Assembly (NCBI GenBank): GCA_951406725.2
Contig: OX597822.1
Coordinates: 17,298,001 to 17,362,000 of the forward strand
Length of the DNA: 64,000 nucleotides
Origin: Octopus vulgaris
Lineage: Eukaryota
Direction: 5' to 3'
Both the position numbers and the translations under genes were made by a program. Positions within the stretch are counted from its first letter, which is position 1; every line of letters begins with the position of its first letter. The notes beneath the pieces were generated by a model. That model was not told where the DNA came from. It worked only from the letters and a program-made list of their open reading frames with translations, and made no database searches. This document shows, piece after piece, positions 23,940 through 37,260 of this stretch.

Positions 23940-26400
23940 TTGCATTAGTAGTAGCCTGTGGTCTGTAGCTAAAATAGTTGAATAATCGATCTTGCAAGAA
24001 GTAATCTCCCTTTAATAAGTTTCTCAAAACATCTACGTCATGAAAAGTAATTCTTAATTATCTAAGAAGCTTCCCATTTCTCTTGGAAGTTTCTAGAATG
24101 TCTAGCCTTCCATTAATAAAAACAGCTTGCTTGCCTTATAAGGTCTTGAAATTTATTTCACTACATCAAATATAATAAAGTTTATTTTCAATGTTTTCAT
24201 ATATTTGTCAACATCCCTATTTCATTAACTTTCCTTTTTCTTAATACTAGACCTTTCTAAATAATATGAACTTCTTAAATATTTTTATTGATTTTGAAAT
24301 GGGCCATTCATGTCATTGCTATGCCTGTCTATTTCTGTATGCCATATGACTGAAAACCACCACTTAGCTGTTATTTCTAAATTTCTGAACTTCCTTGCAT
24401 AGATTACTTCATTCAACTAGATTCTACACTTTGATTATGTTTCAACAACCAATGAATAAAAAATATCTTTATGTAGTAAATATATAGTTCTTAAATTTAT
24501 CCTTCTTCTTTGTAAGAATTCTTCTAAGAATATACACACAGCCATTTCAATACTCGATACTGAACAAATATTCTACACTACACTGTAGAAGTGAATATCA
24601 TAACCTTCAATATCATCAGCACTTGTCTTTTAGCTTCTATTCTGCCTAATTTAAGCTCTCCTTATTGTTCTTCAAATAGAGAGGGATAACTGCAACACAT
24701 TTGTTTCTGTTTATCCTATTTTTTGGAAACCTTTGACGCTAAATTCTCAGTATCCTTTCCAACATATTTTTAAACCTTTTACAGACATGATAACTCATAT
24801 ATATTGTAACATTGTATGCTGTCTAGCTTAATGTTAATTATATTGGTTTTCTGTTTGTAAGAAAAAAATGATGTAATACAATATGATAAATTATTAGCAT
24901 ATTGGGATCAAAAACCATGACAAAAATCAAAAAAGTGAAATAATCAAGGTTAGCATGCTATTAATTAACCCTAGCTACTTTATTACCAATTGAACTACCT
25001 CTGTACAAGGAGGTCTTTTTTGAGCATTCTTTATATGACATTGAGACCAACATTATCATCCATTATTCAGCTCTAAATTCTATTTTTAAAATACAAGAAA
25101 TTCTACTTTTTTCTTTTTTTTTTTTTTTTTGATAATTTTACAACACAAACACATTGCAAAAAATAGAATCTTATATAACAGAAAACTCTGATGAAGAATT
25201 TTAGATATTGAAATAACCTGTCATATCATTGTAAAGGTTGGATAAAATATATTAAATATCTTTTATATTAAATTTGTAACAGCTCACATTTCTCTTCTGA
25301 AAAGAGCCAGATGCATTACAGATTATTAAAGAATATTTTCTATATTGTTTTCTTTTTGTTATGTAGCTTCTTTTGTGAATAGATTTTTTAATTTCAATTG
25401 AAATTTTGATCCCAATATTCACCTGAAATCCCAAGTTTTCCAAGTTCACTTCAGTATTGTTAGCTTCTACAAAGGATATCTATATCACATGAATAGAATT
25501 GATAGACAATAATTGAATAGTATTTCCCAAAAGATGGAAGTTCAGTGTGGTTTCATTAAGGTACACTTTCTAAAAAAATTCTCCGCCTTCAACATTTAAC
25601 AACACATTTTCAAAATGCTGCTTAGAGCATATCCTGAAAATGCAATTATGCAAAAACGAAATGCATCCTATGAGTACAGTGTGAGAAAGCCATTTATCAC
25701 AATTTAGACCTTTCTAACAATGGAAGAAACTATTCAATGGCTATGTTCATCCATCATATTTAAGCAAGGAAAAGTCATGTTGAATCAGTCTTCTCCTGGT
25801 AACTCTTTACTACTACTTTCATGTTTATTCTCTTCATCTCTTGTCTTTAAGGGATTTGATAATTGATCTTTTTGTATTATTCTTAATAAGTTGGTTTAAT
25901 GAGGAGTAAGGTGGAACACCCTTAGTTGTTTCCTGAACCGGAAGATATTGAGACGTATCTCAATGGAAATAATGTTCTTTGTGCTTTATATAAACTCCTC
26001 ATGGAGGTTTGAAGTTAAGAGAAAACAGGTTGAAAGAAAATTTCAAATGACTGTAGTTCTGTAGAAGAAGGATTGGAAAGTATTTATTACACGTAACTTT
26101 TCCTCAAACAGTAAAACAGGCTGTTTTGAAGATGAATTTCAAGATATACCCTATATGTAGTTTGTATTCTGAAGATATTTTGTAAGTGTGATTATTTTGA
26201 TATATTACAAGGATTAAAAAAAAAACCCAAAACAGTTTCTTGTATTATGATATAAGAATATTTTTTTCATATCTACACATCTAAAGAGATTAATGTCACT
26301 AAATGCAATTCTCATCTGGTTTATCTTAGTTCTTTTCTTGCAGCCATATTATTAATCAGACTCCATCCAGTAATGTTGAACTTAAAGTTTTTGAACAGTT
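23940..26400 (-). mobile_element. Highly decayed Gypsy pol relic (RT, RNase H, integrase start)
   Basis: In order on the minus strand: KSIHKRSYITK..QY, ICNASGSFQKR (cf. LCNAPATFQR), ETNV (ETDAS), RVLKWL, a zinc-finger-like G...IYENI...YY segment and IDYST. Confidence 0.55.
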
Positions 26401-26886
26401 TGGAAAGTATATACTATATAATATTATAATATTATTTGCAGATATGTACACACAGACATATACATGCAAGCATTGTACACAGACTTATATATACTATAAT
26501 GAATTTAGCAATTATTTGAAAAACCATTAGCCAATAATTAATTATTTAAAATCATTATTAACAAATAGAAAAAATTATAACCTTGTAACATTTTTGCCAT
26601 TTAGATTATGTTTTCTAAGACTTTTGAAATAAATATTGCTTTGTAAAAGTTCTTTAAATATTAGTTTCTATGTATTAGGAAGTAAAAGTAATTATAAGTT
26701 GCTTACAAGTAAGAATATTTTTCTTAATAACTTATACTTATAGCACAAATGTTCTGTACTTTCTTTTCAAAATCAATAAAAATATTTAAGAAGTTCATAT
26801 TATTTAGAAAGGTCTAGTATTAAGAAAAAGGAAAGTTAATGAAATAGGGATGTTGACAAATATATGAAAACATTGAAAATAAACTT
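24178..26886. repeat. Perfect 122-bp inverted repeat (24178-24299 and 26765-26886)
   Basis: Base-by-base reverse complement identity by inspection. Confidence 0.92.
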
Positions 26887-28605
26887 CAACACCTTATAAT
26901 ATTAAAAAGATTTATTTGATTTAAAATAAACGAAAAATATTTTCTCATATATGAAGAATTAAATGAATTTCAAAATTACTATAAAAAGTTATTAAATAAC
27001 TAAACTTGATATATATTTGTATAGACATATGCAATAACAAGCATTACACATTTCAGAGTCTTTTACCATGAAAAGAAAATCAGTTATATTAAAATGTATT
27101 TCTCAACAAAAATTTTACTTAACAAGAAATTACATATATATACATGGAAGTGTCTTTTTATTATAACCATATTTTTCCTGAGTTTTTAGTTTAGATGGTT
27201 AGCCAATAGGCAAGTATTAAAATTGCTTTAATAGAGTAGTATTCCAACAAGAAAGCAAACAATTTTCAGGATATAACCAATAACTAAAGTTCCATTATAA
27301 ATAAAATGTCGTTACAAAAAGAAAGAACAAGCCACTTCCCTAGAGCTAGGTCTGGTACTGAATGTATTTCTATTAAAATAGTTGAGAAAATAGGTTAGAA
27401 TTTTTAACAAAAAATAAAATCCAAAATGGTTCTTTATTTTCTGTTCACATTTTCTCAATGAAACCTCTTCACAATTTCTTAAGAGAAATAATTTCAAACT
27501 GAAAGGAGTACTTGTTTTCATTCAGACCAGAAAAATAATGATAATAACAAAAAGTGTGTCTTCAAATAAAGATAACTACTATATATCTAAAACTTAGCAT
27601 ACATAACTGACATTCAGTCTATGATGTTCAAAATAAAATTGAATTATTAATTTAGAAATAAAAATAATCCCTGATAAATGGTGCAATTGGACTCTGCAAA
27701 TATTATGATGCAGAAGGAATTATTACCATAATTCCTTCTCCATGTATATTTACTATGAAATGAGACTTTTAAAGTTTACTTTAAAGTAATATTTAAAAAG
27801 ATAAGAACATCATTCTGATTAGAGTAATGCAGAATAGAAGAAGAACCAACAAATTAAGGTAAAAATCATTTTGATTCTGTTTAATTTGGCTCCACAATTA
27901 AGCTCTGCTGATCTATCAAGATCTGCATTTTTATACCAATATGAGTATATATACTATTAAATATTAAACATAATTTCTCAGCATTTGATTAGGTAATTTC
28001 TCTTTTAATCAGATGTCTATATTTAACACTAAGTAATAAGATTGCTGGAAATCTTCCCAATTAAGATATTATTTGTGAAACTGAAAGAAAAAAATGAGGA
28101 TAGCAATAAATAATGAAGACTGAAAATTACAGCATTAAGTAATTAAAGAAGAAATATTGATGTCACCTCTATTGAATTCATGATTTTGTTGCTACTGTTG
28201 CTATTCTTGCTTTCCAATTATTTCTAATTATTTTTATTATAAAAATAATTGGCAGACCTTAAATATTTGGTCACAGTGTTCTGATAATCTATTTCAACTG
28301 AGTACTTCAAACAAAAGCAGACAGAATTTCTAAATTACAACAAAACAATAACCTGAATTATTTGTGAAATTGCCAAAATAAACTGTGAATCAAAGCAAAT
28401 AGAAAACATTCCTACATATTATTAATGAATTATTAATAAGATTAAAGAAACAACTGGAAAGGCATCAATAATATGAGAAAAAAGTCAATAGCAGAGGCAT
28501 AATAAGACGGTATATGCTGTCAATGGACATAAAACATTTACATTCAATTAAAATTCTCATCTGTGATAAAAGAGTAGCTATGAACAGCAAAATTTATATT
28601 CAGAT

Positions 28606-28750
<145 letters not shown>

Positions 28751-29864
28751 ACCTTCCTAATGTAGTATTAATTTCAAGTATCCAAGAAATTCTGTGTACA
28801 TGTTGGCATTGATACGTATACTCAGTGTTGTACAATAGAATTGTATATTCACAAATGTCTATAAAGAAAGCTAGCTCATCAGATCACTGGAACATCATGG
28901 TTACATTAACAGTTCAACTCTAAATATACATAGTAAATTCACACTTCATACACACACTGAATGGAAGGCTGGAACTGGTTGATTTGGTCAGTGAAAGATA
29001 AGTAGGAAGGTCAGGACATATTCTGTTGTTATTATAGAAAAAATTATTAAGTTCAAGTGCTAGATGGAGAGTGAGGAATTCACCATTCTTAATTTAAACA
29101 AGATAACAAGAAGAAAAACAGACAAGAGATAAAGTAAGAATAACATAAAAGTATAAGCGAATAATATAAAAGAATTATTTACTAAAAGTAATTATTCAGG
29201 TGGGAAAGAGGGAAGAAAACAACTGGTGAATTGAAGATTTCACCGAGTTGAAGGATGAATGCGTAAAGAGAGGGAGGTCAAACTAATATCAAGAAACTGT
29301 GTTCAACAGCAATAAACTTCTGTATAAAGTGAAAAAGGTCACAAAAATATCACACAAAAAGCATTTGAACTCTCAAGAATTGAACTCACACATTCGCTAA
29401 CCTCAAAATACTTTTTGAGCAAATAATCTGGAGTTAACAAAGTACATAGATGCACATATATGGAAACACTTACACAGACACATAATACAAGCAGATAAAT
29501 GTAAATACACACACAAACACACAGGTACACACACACACTCATGTATACATCTGTATCTATATAGAAAGTCATAGACAGGTGAGACAACTCACCCCTGATC
29601 CCATTCAGGAGTGATGGATATCAATATTACACACTTAAATCAAATTGGGGACAAACTTAATCACCAGTCTAGGAGTGTAAAAAAACATTTACAAGCAGGT
29701 ACAAATTTTTAAAAGATAAACATAAATATGTACATAGAATGATATAAACACAAACATATATGCATATTAATATATTACATACATATTCAATTACATATAC
29801 ATACACACATATAAATAGCTATACATCCATAGGCATGCACATATAAACACACATATACAAACTC

Positions 29865-30050
29865 ACATGCTGGTGACACGTTCAAGGCTCCCACTACAGT
29901 CAGTGGAGTGGTTAGCATTAGAAAGGGCAACCAGCTGTAGAAATCATGCCAAAACAGACAAGTGGAGCCTGGTGTAGCTCTTTAGTTTACTAGCTCCTGT
30001 CAAACCATCCAAGCCATACCAGCATGGGAAATAGACACTAAGTGAGGATC
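29865..30050 (+). mobile_element. Family B (RTE-tail) copy
   Basis: ggagtggttagcattagaaagggcaaccagctgtagaaa...ccagcatggg. Confidence 0.8.
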
Positions 30051-30095
30051 ACACACACCCGAGCATGAGTTTATATATACAAATATATTAGTATA

Positions 30096-31784
30096 CTAGG
30101 ATTATGACCCATCATTGCTGGGTCATAGTGCTAGTGCATGTATATATGTGTACATATTACATGTACTTCTATATATATACATCTACACATAAAATATAAA
30201 ATACAAAGTTATACCTTGATATCGCTAGTGATAACAATACTCAAAATATATAACAGACTGGAATTGTAGGCCCGTCTCTTGCAATTTCGATCAATTGTAT
30301 CTTGTCCCCTCTCTTGTATAGAAGTGTGGCTACAATCCAGCCTACCTCTACTTCAGGGGGGCTATTTTTAATTTTTATCCGGGACGTGCTACGTCCCAGA
30401 TATAAATGTAAAAATAAAATATTTCCACTTTGCAAGGTTCGAGTCGAGTACTCCCTTGCACGCTGCGTTGACTCGAACCTTGCTTCTATTGTGGCGAATT
30501 TGCCGCCTCTGGTTAGATATCATAGTCGCACCAAGACACTTTTCGATGGTGCTTTCCTCCAGGTGTTCAAATCTTTTTTTTCTCTACATTGTATACTTTA
30601 TAAACAATAGTCTTTTCTTTGGTTTAATTTTTTATTTCGTTTCGTGGTGTTATCCTAGATTCACCATCTTTGTCAGTGATCAATCCATATTTCTTCCATT
30701 TTAATTTCAATGAGTTCGCACCCGCCGACGGCTGCAGCGAAATTCATTTTTGAACTTTCTTCTATCGAAGGCATTCTGACAAAAATGCATCTGTGTAAAC
30801 GGTGAAAATATTGTCAATTTCCCCAAACAGGGACACAATTCAATTTTTAAACAATAACCAAAGCTCCTTCTCCCAAAGGGGGAGGGTTACAGTTTACAAT
30901 TATTTAACAAATGCAACACAACAACGTTTCCTTTATGAAGCCCAACAAACGTGATAACAATAGTTAAACAGTAATAATAATAATAACAACAAACCTTACA
31001 ATGAGTCAGAAAGCAGTAAGCAGTTGAACCTTTAGTCCTTTATGTATAAGAAATAAACCAACAGGAGCGGCTGTTCAAGAAAACAGATATTACATACAGC
31101 CAAACTTCATATAGATACTTAATGTTAGCTAATTAGCAGATAATCTAATGTAAAAGCACAGCTCCATCTGGACTATTCCATTTCTGCACGCTAATTTTAT
31201 TTTTAATTTATTCCTATTCATGTGAAACCACTTATTCAAGTTCAAGTCATTGATGCAATTTTATACCAATTGCTATTTTTACTTTTGTTATGTTACGATT
31301 ATATTATACTTTAGTTTGATTTTAATTTTTACTTACTACATATAATTCAATTGTTATTATTATTTTTATTGTTAAAGTGAAAGCATCTGACATAAAATAG
31401 AGAAATGTTTTTGTTTCACTTTTAACACATAATACTGAAATAGTGGAGAAGATATGATATTGCTACGGGCTCGCTCTAGGCAAGAAGTAGAACATTTTTT
31501 TTGCCCATGAAACTACATGGACCCTAAGTAAGGCTTGTGTAAAATTTGAATGAAATTGGTTGTATAGTTCTCAAGTTTTAGAGAATCATAGAGGAGAAGA
31601 TATGATATTGCTGTGGGCTCGCCCTAGGCAACAAGTTAAAAACTTTTTTTGCCGATGACACTCCCCGGACCCTAAGTAAGGCATGTGTAAAAGTTGAATG
31701 AAATTGGTTGTGTAGTTCTCAAGTTTTAGGGAAACACACAGACAGACAGACAGACACACATTCTCAGTTTTATATATATAGAGA
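30096..31784 (-). mobile_element. Non-autonomous Helitron
   Basis: Minus strand begins A|TCTCTATATATATAAAA followed by (TCTG)n, and ends with hairpin tatgaccca/tgggtcata then CTAG|T; these are canonical Helitron termini at an AT target with no TSD. Confidence 0.75.
30260..30760 (-). pseudogene. Captured ORF fragment inside the Helitron, possibly a LINE ORF1/gag-like protein
   Basis: Protein-like reading across a few disruptions: MNFAAAVG...KTIVYKVYNVEKKRFEHLEESTIEKCL / YLTRGGKFATIEARFESTQRAREYSTRTLQSGNILFLHLYLGRSTSRIKIKNSPPEVEVGWIVATLL. The family assignment is inference. Confidence 0.5.
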
Positions 31785-32649
31785 TGTATCTCCTTGCACA
31801 GATGCACATTGAGAAAAATATGTACATGTGTGCATACACACACTTATACAAGCACATACACAAGTGTATGCATGTGTACACAAAGTCAATCACTAAAGAT
31901 AAGAACACACACTTCTATTAGGTGAATCTGTAAAAGTAAGATTGGGAATATACAATACAAATGTATAATGCTGACCATACATGCAAATGCTAACATGTCT
32001 GCATACTTTCTTGCATACTGAAATGAATACTACATGAAGAAGGTTGTGAAACACATAATCCTATGGAAATCATGTGGTTAAATAGATATATAATCCCCTT
32101 TCATATCTCCTGACTTTATATTTTTATATTCTCCTCATAGAATAATCATATTGCTCAGATTTTCTGGATTTCCAAGGATACAGTACATAACACTACTTTG
32201 GACTGACAGTTGAGTCCATAAGAGATGCTTACTCTGATAGCCACACGATTCTCTGAGTCTATATCTTATATTACTTATGTATACATATAATAAAATTGTT
32301 TGAAACTAGATACCAAAATGGAAGAAGAGATCTTCTTTAAAAAACTTAAGTGTTATGTAAGCATCTAAATAAAATTTATATTAATGGATATATCCTTTTA
32401 GACAATTTCCAGAAAATTTATTTGAAATATCTTTTTGTAGTTTAATTTATCTTGAAAAAAGAAATTTTCTATAGTAAGGGAGGAAAGAAAAGAAGATATA
32501 TAGTTACAGGAGATAATAAAAGCTACATAATGCAAAGATGGAGAAAAACAACTTTTATTCAAGATTCCAGCTTGAACAAACCCTAATCTTGAATTGAAAA
32601 TTTTGAAATGAGAAGTAAAGTGTAAATGTTGCCAGAATTCTTATGACAT

Positions 32650-34140
32650 GTACATGAGAATTCTTATGACAAGAACATAAGAGATAAATTGCATAGCATG
32701 TGTGATTGAGTTGTGATATTCAAATCATGCATCAGATTGTTGAAAAGCTCATGGTGATTGTTAATCTATTGTTGCAAATATCAAGTAAGATGCCAATGTT
32801 TCTATTAGAAGGCCTTGATATAAACTGTAATATCTGTATTCTGGTAGTTGTCAAAATACCTTCTGACAAACTCTCATGTTCATGTGTTCTTCAATATGTA
32901 ATGGTTGGATGCTACTGTTAATGCAAAATGTTACAATTTATTAATTCAATAAAGAATTCTACACAATAAACTCAACTGCATTTGTTTGGCCATTTGCCAC
33001 TGAGTATAAACTAACAGGATCAGAAGATCTTGGGGGACAAATAGCTTGCTAAAGAAGGTCCCAAATAGTAAAGAATTATGTACAGTGCTTCTTTCCATAT
33101 AATGGATGTAACTGTATTGGTGATAAATTCCTTCATATGTGAGTTCTTCTCGATTTTTTTTTTTTTGTTCTGCCAATCTGTTATGGTCTTATCCTAATGA
33201 AGGCATTGCAATAATCATCTCAAAATCTCAGGATGTTATAAGAACTTCTTAGTGTTGATAATATTTTTTTACAGTTTAGTCAGAGAAGGAAGGACAGTCA
33301 CCATCATTCACTATTTTCTGGAGGGCCATTGAGATTTGTTGGGGTAAATAGAGGAAGAAACCAGAACTCGTATGTTATTTTCTGACCAGAAATCTGCTCT
33401 GAATACTTGCAAGTCAGTGAACTTTGCTAAGTGGGTCCAAGGACCAGGTGATGGTGTTGAAGTGAGCAACAGATTCCAAGATAGCTCTACTGCACTAACT
33501 TGAATTTTGATATTATTGCTCATTTAGCATCAGTTGGAAACAGTTGTTTGAAATAGTTTATCAAACCTACAGGAGAAAACTTCAAGAGGTTTGTGAATTA
33601 TCAATCATTTTTAGATAGAAATCTCAGAGTGAATGGAATCTCAAAACTGCACACTCAAATGTCTTAATGGTATTTTGCGCTTGTTTGTAATGACACTAGA
33701 AAGATAATATCCATGTATCTCCAAACAAGGTAGAAGTAGCTTATACTAAACACTGGCACTCCAAATCTGATAAGTTCATAAATGTGGTGACCAGTAACCC
33801 TGATGAACTAGAAAAATCCATCAGTAATTCAACAACTAATTCAGTTTGCAAAAATTCTGGTGTTATATCGCACTGGCTCAACATCAAGTCATCAGTAATG
33901 ATTTGAGCATTTAGCGAATAAAATGGTGCGTTAGTTTTCTGAAACCAACTGTGCAGTAATGCAAATATATGATGCATAATTATTAAGAAACCACTGCAAA
34001 ATGAATGTAAAGAACAGCAATGCATAGAGGAAGATATTTACATTTTGGATATGGTATTTATGTGAAACTTTAGAATATTAGACGACACATTTTCCATGAA
34101 ATAGAATTGGAATGCAAGCTCATCTTTTCTCTCAGAAAAA
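32650..34140 (-). mobile_element. Decayed Gypsy pol relic (RT end, RNase H, integrase)
   Basis: HSF..G..NNY, LLMDFSSSSGL (L..DASS.GL), AVLRFHSL, IHKPL (DHKPL) and LYI...YLGP (LHID..GP) occur in Gypsy domain order. Confidence 0.6.
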
Positions 34141-35284
34141 ATAGGCATTTAACTGACAAGGAGGATAATTTAATTACAAGAAAACACAGCACAATTAAAA
34201 AGAAATAGACAATGTAAAAGAATGAAAAAAAAAAAGTCAGAATGCAATAAAATGCTCAAGTTAATTTTAACATGCTATAGGAAATAATCAGCAAAAGTTA
34301 TGGAATATTACTTTTTTAAGTTTTTCTAATTAGTTCTGCATAATTTTTTCTGAACGTATTCTTGCTTATTTTTTAAAAAACATTACAGAGATGTGTAATG
34401 GTTTTGTTTGATAATTAGGAATAAGAAAATTCAACTCAATTTCCTTTCCTAATTCATTCTCAATACAACAAAATTTGCACTTTGCTGAACCTTATTTATT
34501 TTCCATACTTATTTTCCATACAAATAAAGTTCTATCTAGTTCTTAAAAATTATAATAGTTTGAAAAAGCAACCTGACCTATAACATTTATATTATTAAAA
34601 AAAAAAAAAAATAGAAGTGTAGGAGTGTACATCTAAATCTGGAATAAAATATTTTTTTCTAAAATCACAAAGTAAATCTAAATGTCAAGCTAAAAGGATA
34701 TATCTGATCATGTTTGCAAGTATAAAGATATAAAGATGAGATAGAAACTTTAAACAAATCATCAGCAATGACCTACTAACTTGATCTATGACAAAGTGAT
34801 GTACAAAGATAAAAGATAATACCCAACAAGAAAAACAGATTGGATTAAATTATTCTGAAAGAGAAGATGTATCATGAATTTTCCTTTGTTAGCAGAAAGT
34901 AATGCTACTCTGCAAAGACTAAATATTTTATCTTTTACATTTATGAATAAACAGCATTCTTAATGCTGAAGAACTGAAATTCTGCTATTAGAGACAGAAT
35001 AATAGAAAATGTAGTCCCCAGTTAATAAATGGGTAAAAATGATTTTGAAGCAATAATGCCTCCTACATCACCCTTTAATGCCTACTTTAGAAGTTTTTTT
35101 TTTTTTTATCAAGTCACAATTGTTTTGTTTTTAAGGTGCAGTAATTTGATGCACTACTTAATTACCCTCTACTATCCCAATAATACTAATTCATACAAAG
35201 AAAACTTGTTAGAATGGATTTCATATCCCAAATGTGTTACAAATACTATGCAGGATAAAAAGAAAGGGACCAGATTGCACTCTT

Positions 35285-35440
35285 TAACATTAACATTTCT
35301 ATATCAAATGTAATGCTTATTATCTTTGAATTAATCATGTATTATCTTGCAGCTTCTAGACTTTGATGATAAGATTGTTTATGTTTTGATTAATATTGTA
35401 GGGTAAGTGTGAGGAGGGTTGGATCAAGTTGGGTTGGTGA
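35285..35440. mobile_element. Probable MITE fragment (piggyBac-like)
   Basis: Starts at TTAA and resembles a recalled octopus short repeat (tcaaatgtaatgcttat...gaattaatcatg...ttgtagggta); the second terminus is not found. Confidence 0.3.
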
Positions 35441-35732
35441 ACTGAAATACTATAGAGCTACTTATTCCTGCAAACCTACAACTCCAAAGAAAGGAAAACA
35501 GGGAGTGGCAGATTACCAAAGTAACAGATAATTTTACCCAGCTTTAGGTCAGTAAGAACTGATCACATCACTCATCAAAATTACAATACTTGTTACAAAT
35601 ATAAACTTTGATTTTGAGATAATGAGAAATGAAAAATGGGAAATTCAGATAATATCCTAGAGTATTACTAATCTAAATTAACTGAAACAGTTAGGACATT
35701 TTTTTCCCATCTGTCTGCTTATAAATACATTA

Positions 35733-36125
35733 CTCTTTTACTCTTTTATTTGTTTCAGTCATTTGACTGCGGCCATGCTGGAGCACTGCCTTTAATCAAG
35801 CAACTTGACCCTGGGACTTATTCTTTTGTAAGCCCAGTACTTATTCTATCGGTTTCTTTTGTCGAACCACTAAGTAACGGGGACATAAACACACCAGCAT
35901 CGGTTGTCAAGCAATGCTAGGGGAACAAACATAGACAAACAAACACATATATATATATATACATATATACGACGGGCTTCTTTCAGTTTCCATCTACCAA
36001 ATCCACTCACAAGGCTTTGGTCGGCCCGAGGCTATAGTAGAAGACACTTGCCCAAGGTGCCACACAGTGGGACTGAACCCGGAACCATGTGGTTGGTAAA
36101 CAAGCTACTTACCACACAGCCACTC
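35733..36125 (-). mobile_element. Well-preserved full-length SINE family A
   Basis: Complete reverse copy with CpGs retained (tcggcccgagg, gaacccggaacc). Confidence 0.92.
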
Positions 36126-36399
36126 CATTCTTGAAAAAAATGTAAATGTCACAACTTTTAATTAAAATTATGGATTAAAAACAATATTATAATGATGACT
36201 GTTGTTAAAGCTGTGGTTGTCAGAATCAGTGGCACATTATAAACTGCTCAAAATGTTTTGCTACACTTCATTATATTATGATATGGAAACACGTCAAACC
36301 ATCTAGAGGCCTGTATAAAATAATTATGAGTAAGTATGATTCAAATAAAAATCCTTGCTAAAACTATTGCAGCAATATTCAGAAATCATAATCATTAAT

Positions 36400-36540
36400 T
36401 AGGCAGAAAGTAGCAGAAATGGTAGAAGTTTGTTCCTATACATTCCGAGTTCAAATCCCAGTGGAGACAACTTAGCCTTTCATCATTCATGGAGTCAATC
36501 AGATTAGAACCATCTAGTAAGTACTTAGATCAACATTGTT
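36400..36540 (+). mobile_element. Short tRNA-derived SINE (family D), decayed
   Basis: gagttcaaatccc...gcctttcatc; related fragments lie at 23848-23915 and about 53170-53240. Confidence 0.55.
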
Positions 36541-36559
36541 GAAAATATGTATTCTTTTA

Positions 36560-37260
36560 TCAATATTCACGCCTGTGTTTATACTCTTTTTGTGTTAGCT
36601 TACTGCATTCACTCAAGAGATGATTAATACTTTTTGTCTCCTTTTTCACAGATTCAGCGTTTGTTGTATGACTGGGTTTTATCGAACTTTGCTTTTCATC
36701 AAATTTGTCCTAATGGTTTCTTTCTGATTAATGATTTAGTTTCTTGTTTCAGATTTCTATCTGCTAGTCATAACCAGTGCGCTTTACTTCCAACATCTTT
36801 GATTTATTGTGTTAACTTGCCATGTAAATCCATTTCTTTTCATCTGCTTGTTCTATTGTTCTTCCTTTGGTTTATACATTTTCCAATTGTTTTTGTAACT
36901 TTTTGAGTTTTTATAGCTGCAGGCAGTATTCTTTCCTCAATATACAAAGCAGAGTTTTTCAAACTTAATATTGCAGTACTGATGGTGTCTTCCACAGTTA
37001 ACAAACCCCTGCTTCCTTCCTTTTACGGTAAGTAGAACCATAAAACATTGTTGACATTACTTTTAGATTGGTGTACATTGTGCATTGTGAACAGCCTCTT
37101 TGTTTTGTTTTTTTTTAAATTTTTGCAGCTTTGTCTTTGTCTGTTTCAGAAAAGGAGCAACAGCAATATTGTCATCACTGCTGCTGCCACTGTTAACATT
37201 AATGATCTTGATTAAAGTATATGAAATATTACCACCTTCCGAAATTGTTACTATAAGGAA
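36560..37260 (-). mobile_element. Dong/R4-like non-LTR retrotransposon relic
   Basis: YLPRKEGSRGL (frameshifted), DLHGK, NLKQETKSLI, IRTNL and ICEKGDKSINHLLSECSKLTQKEYKHR match R4-clade motifs. Confidence 0.8.

Noticed and set aside
25186-25225. CTGATGA...GAAA...GTC spacing
   Set aside because: Helices I and II do not pair, and it lies within Gypsy RT relic sequence.
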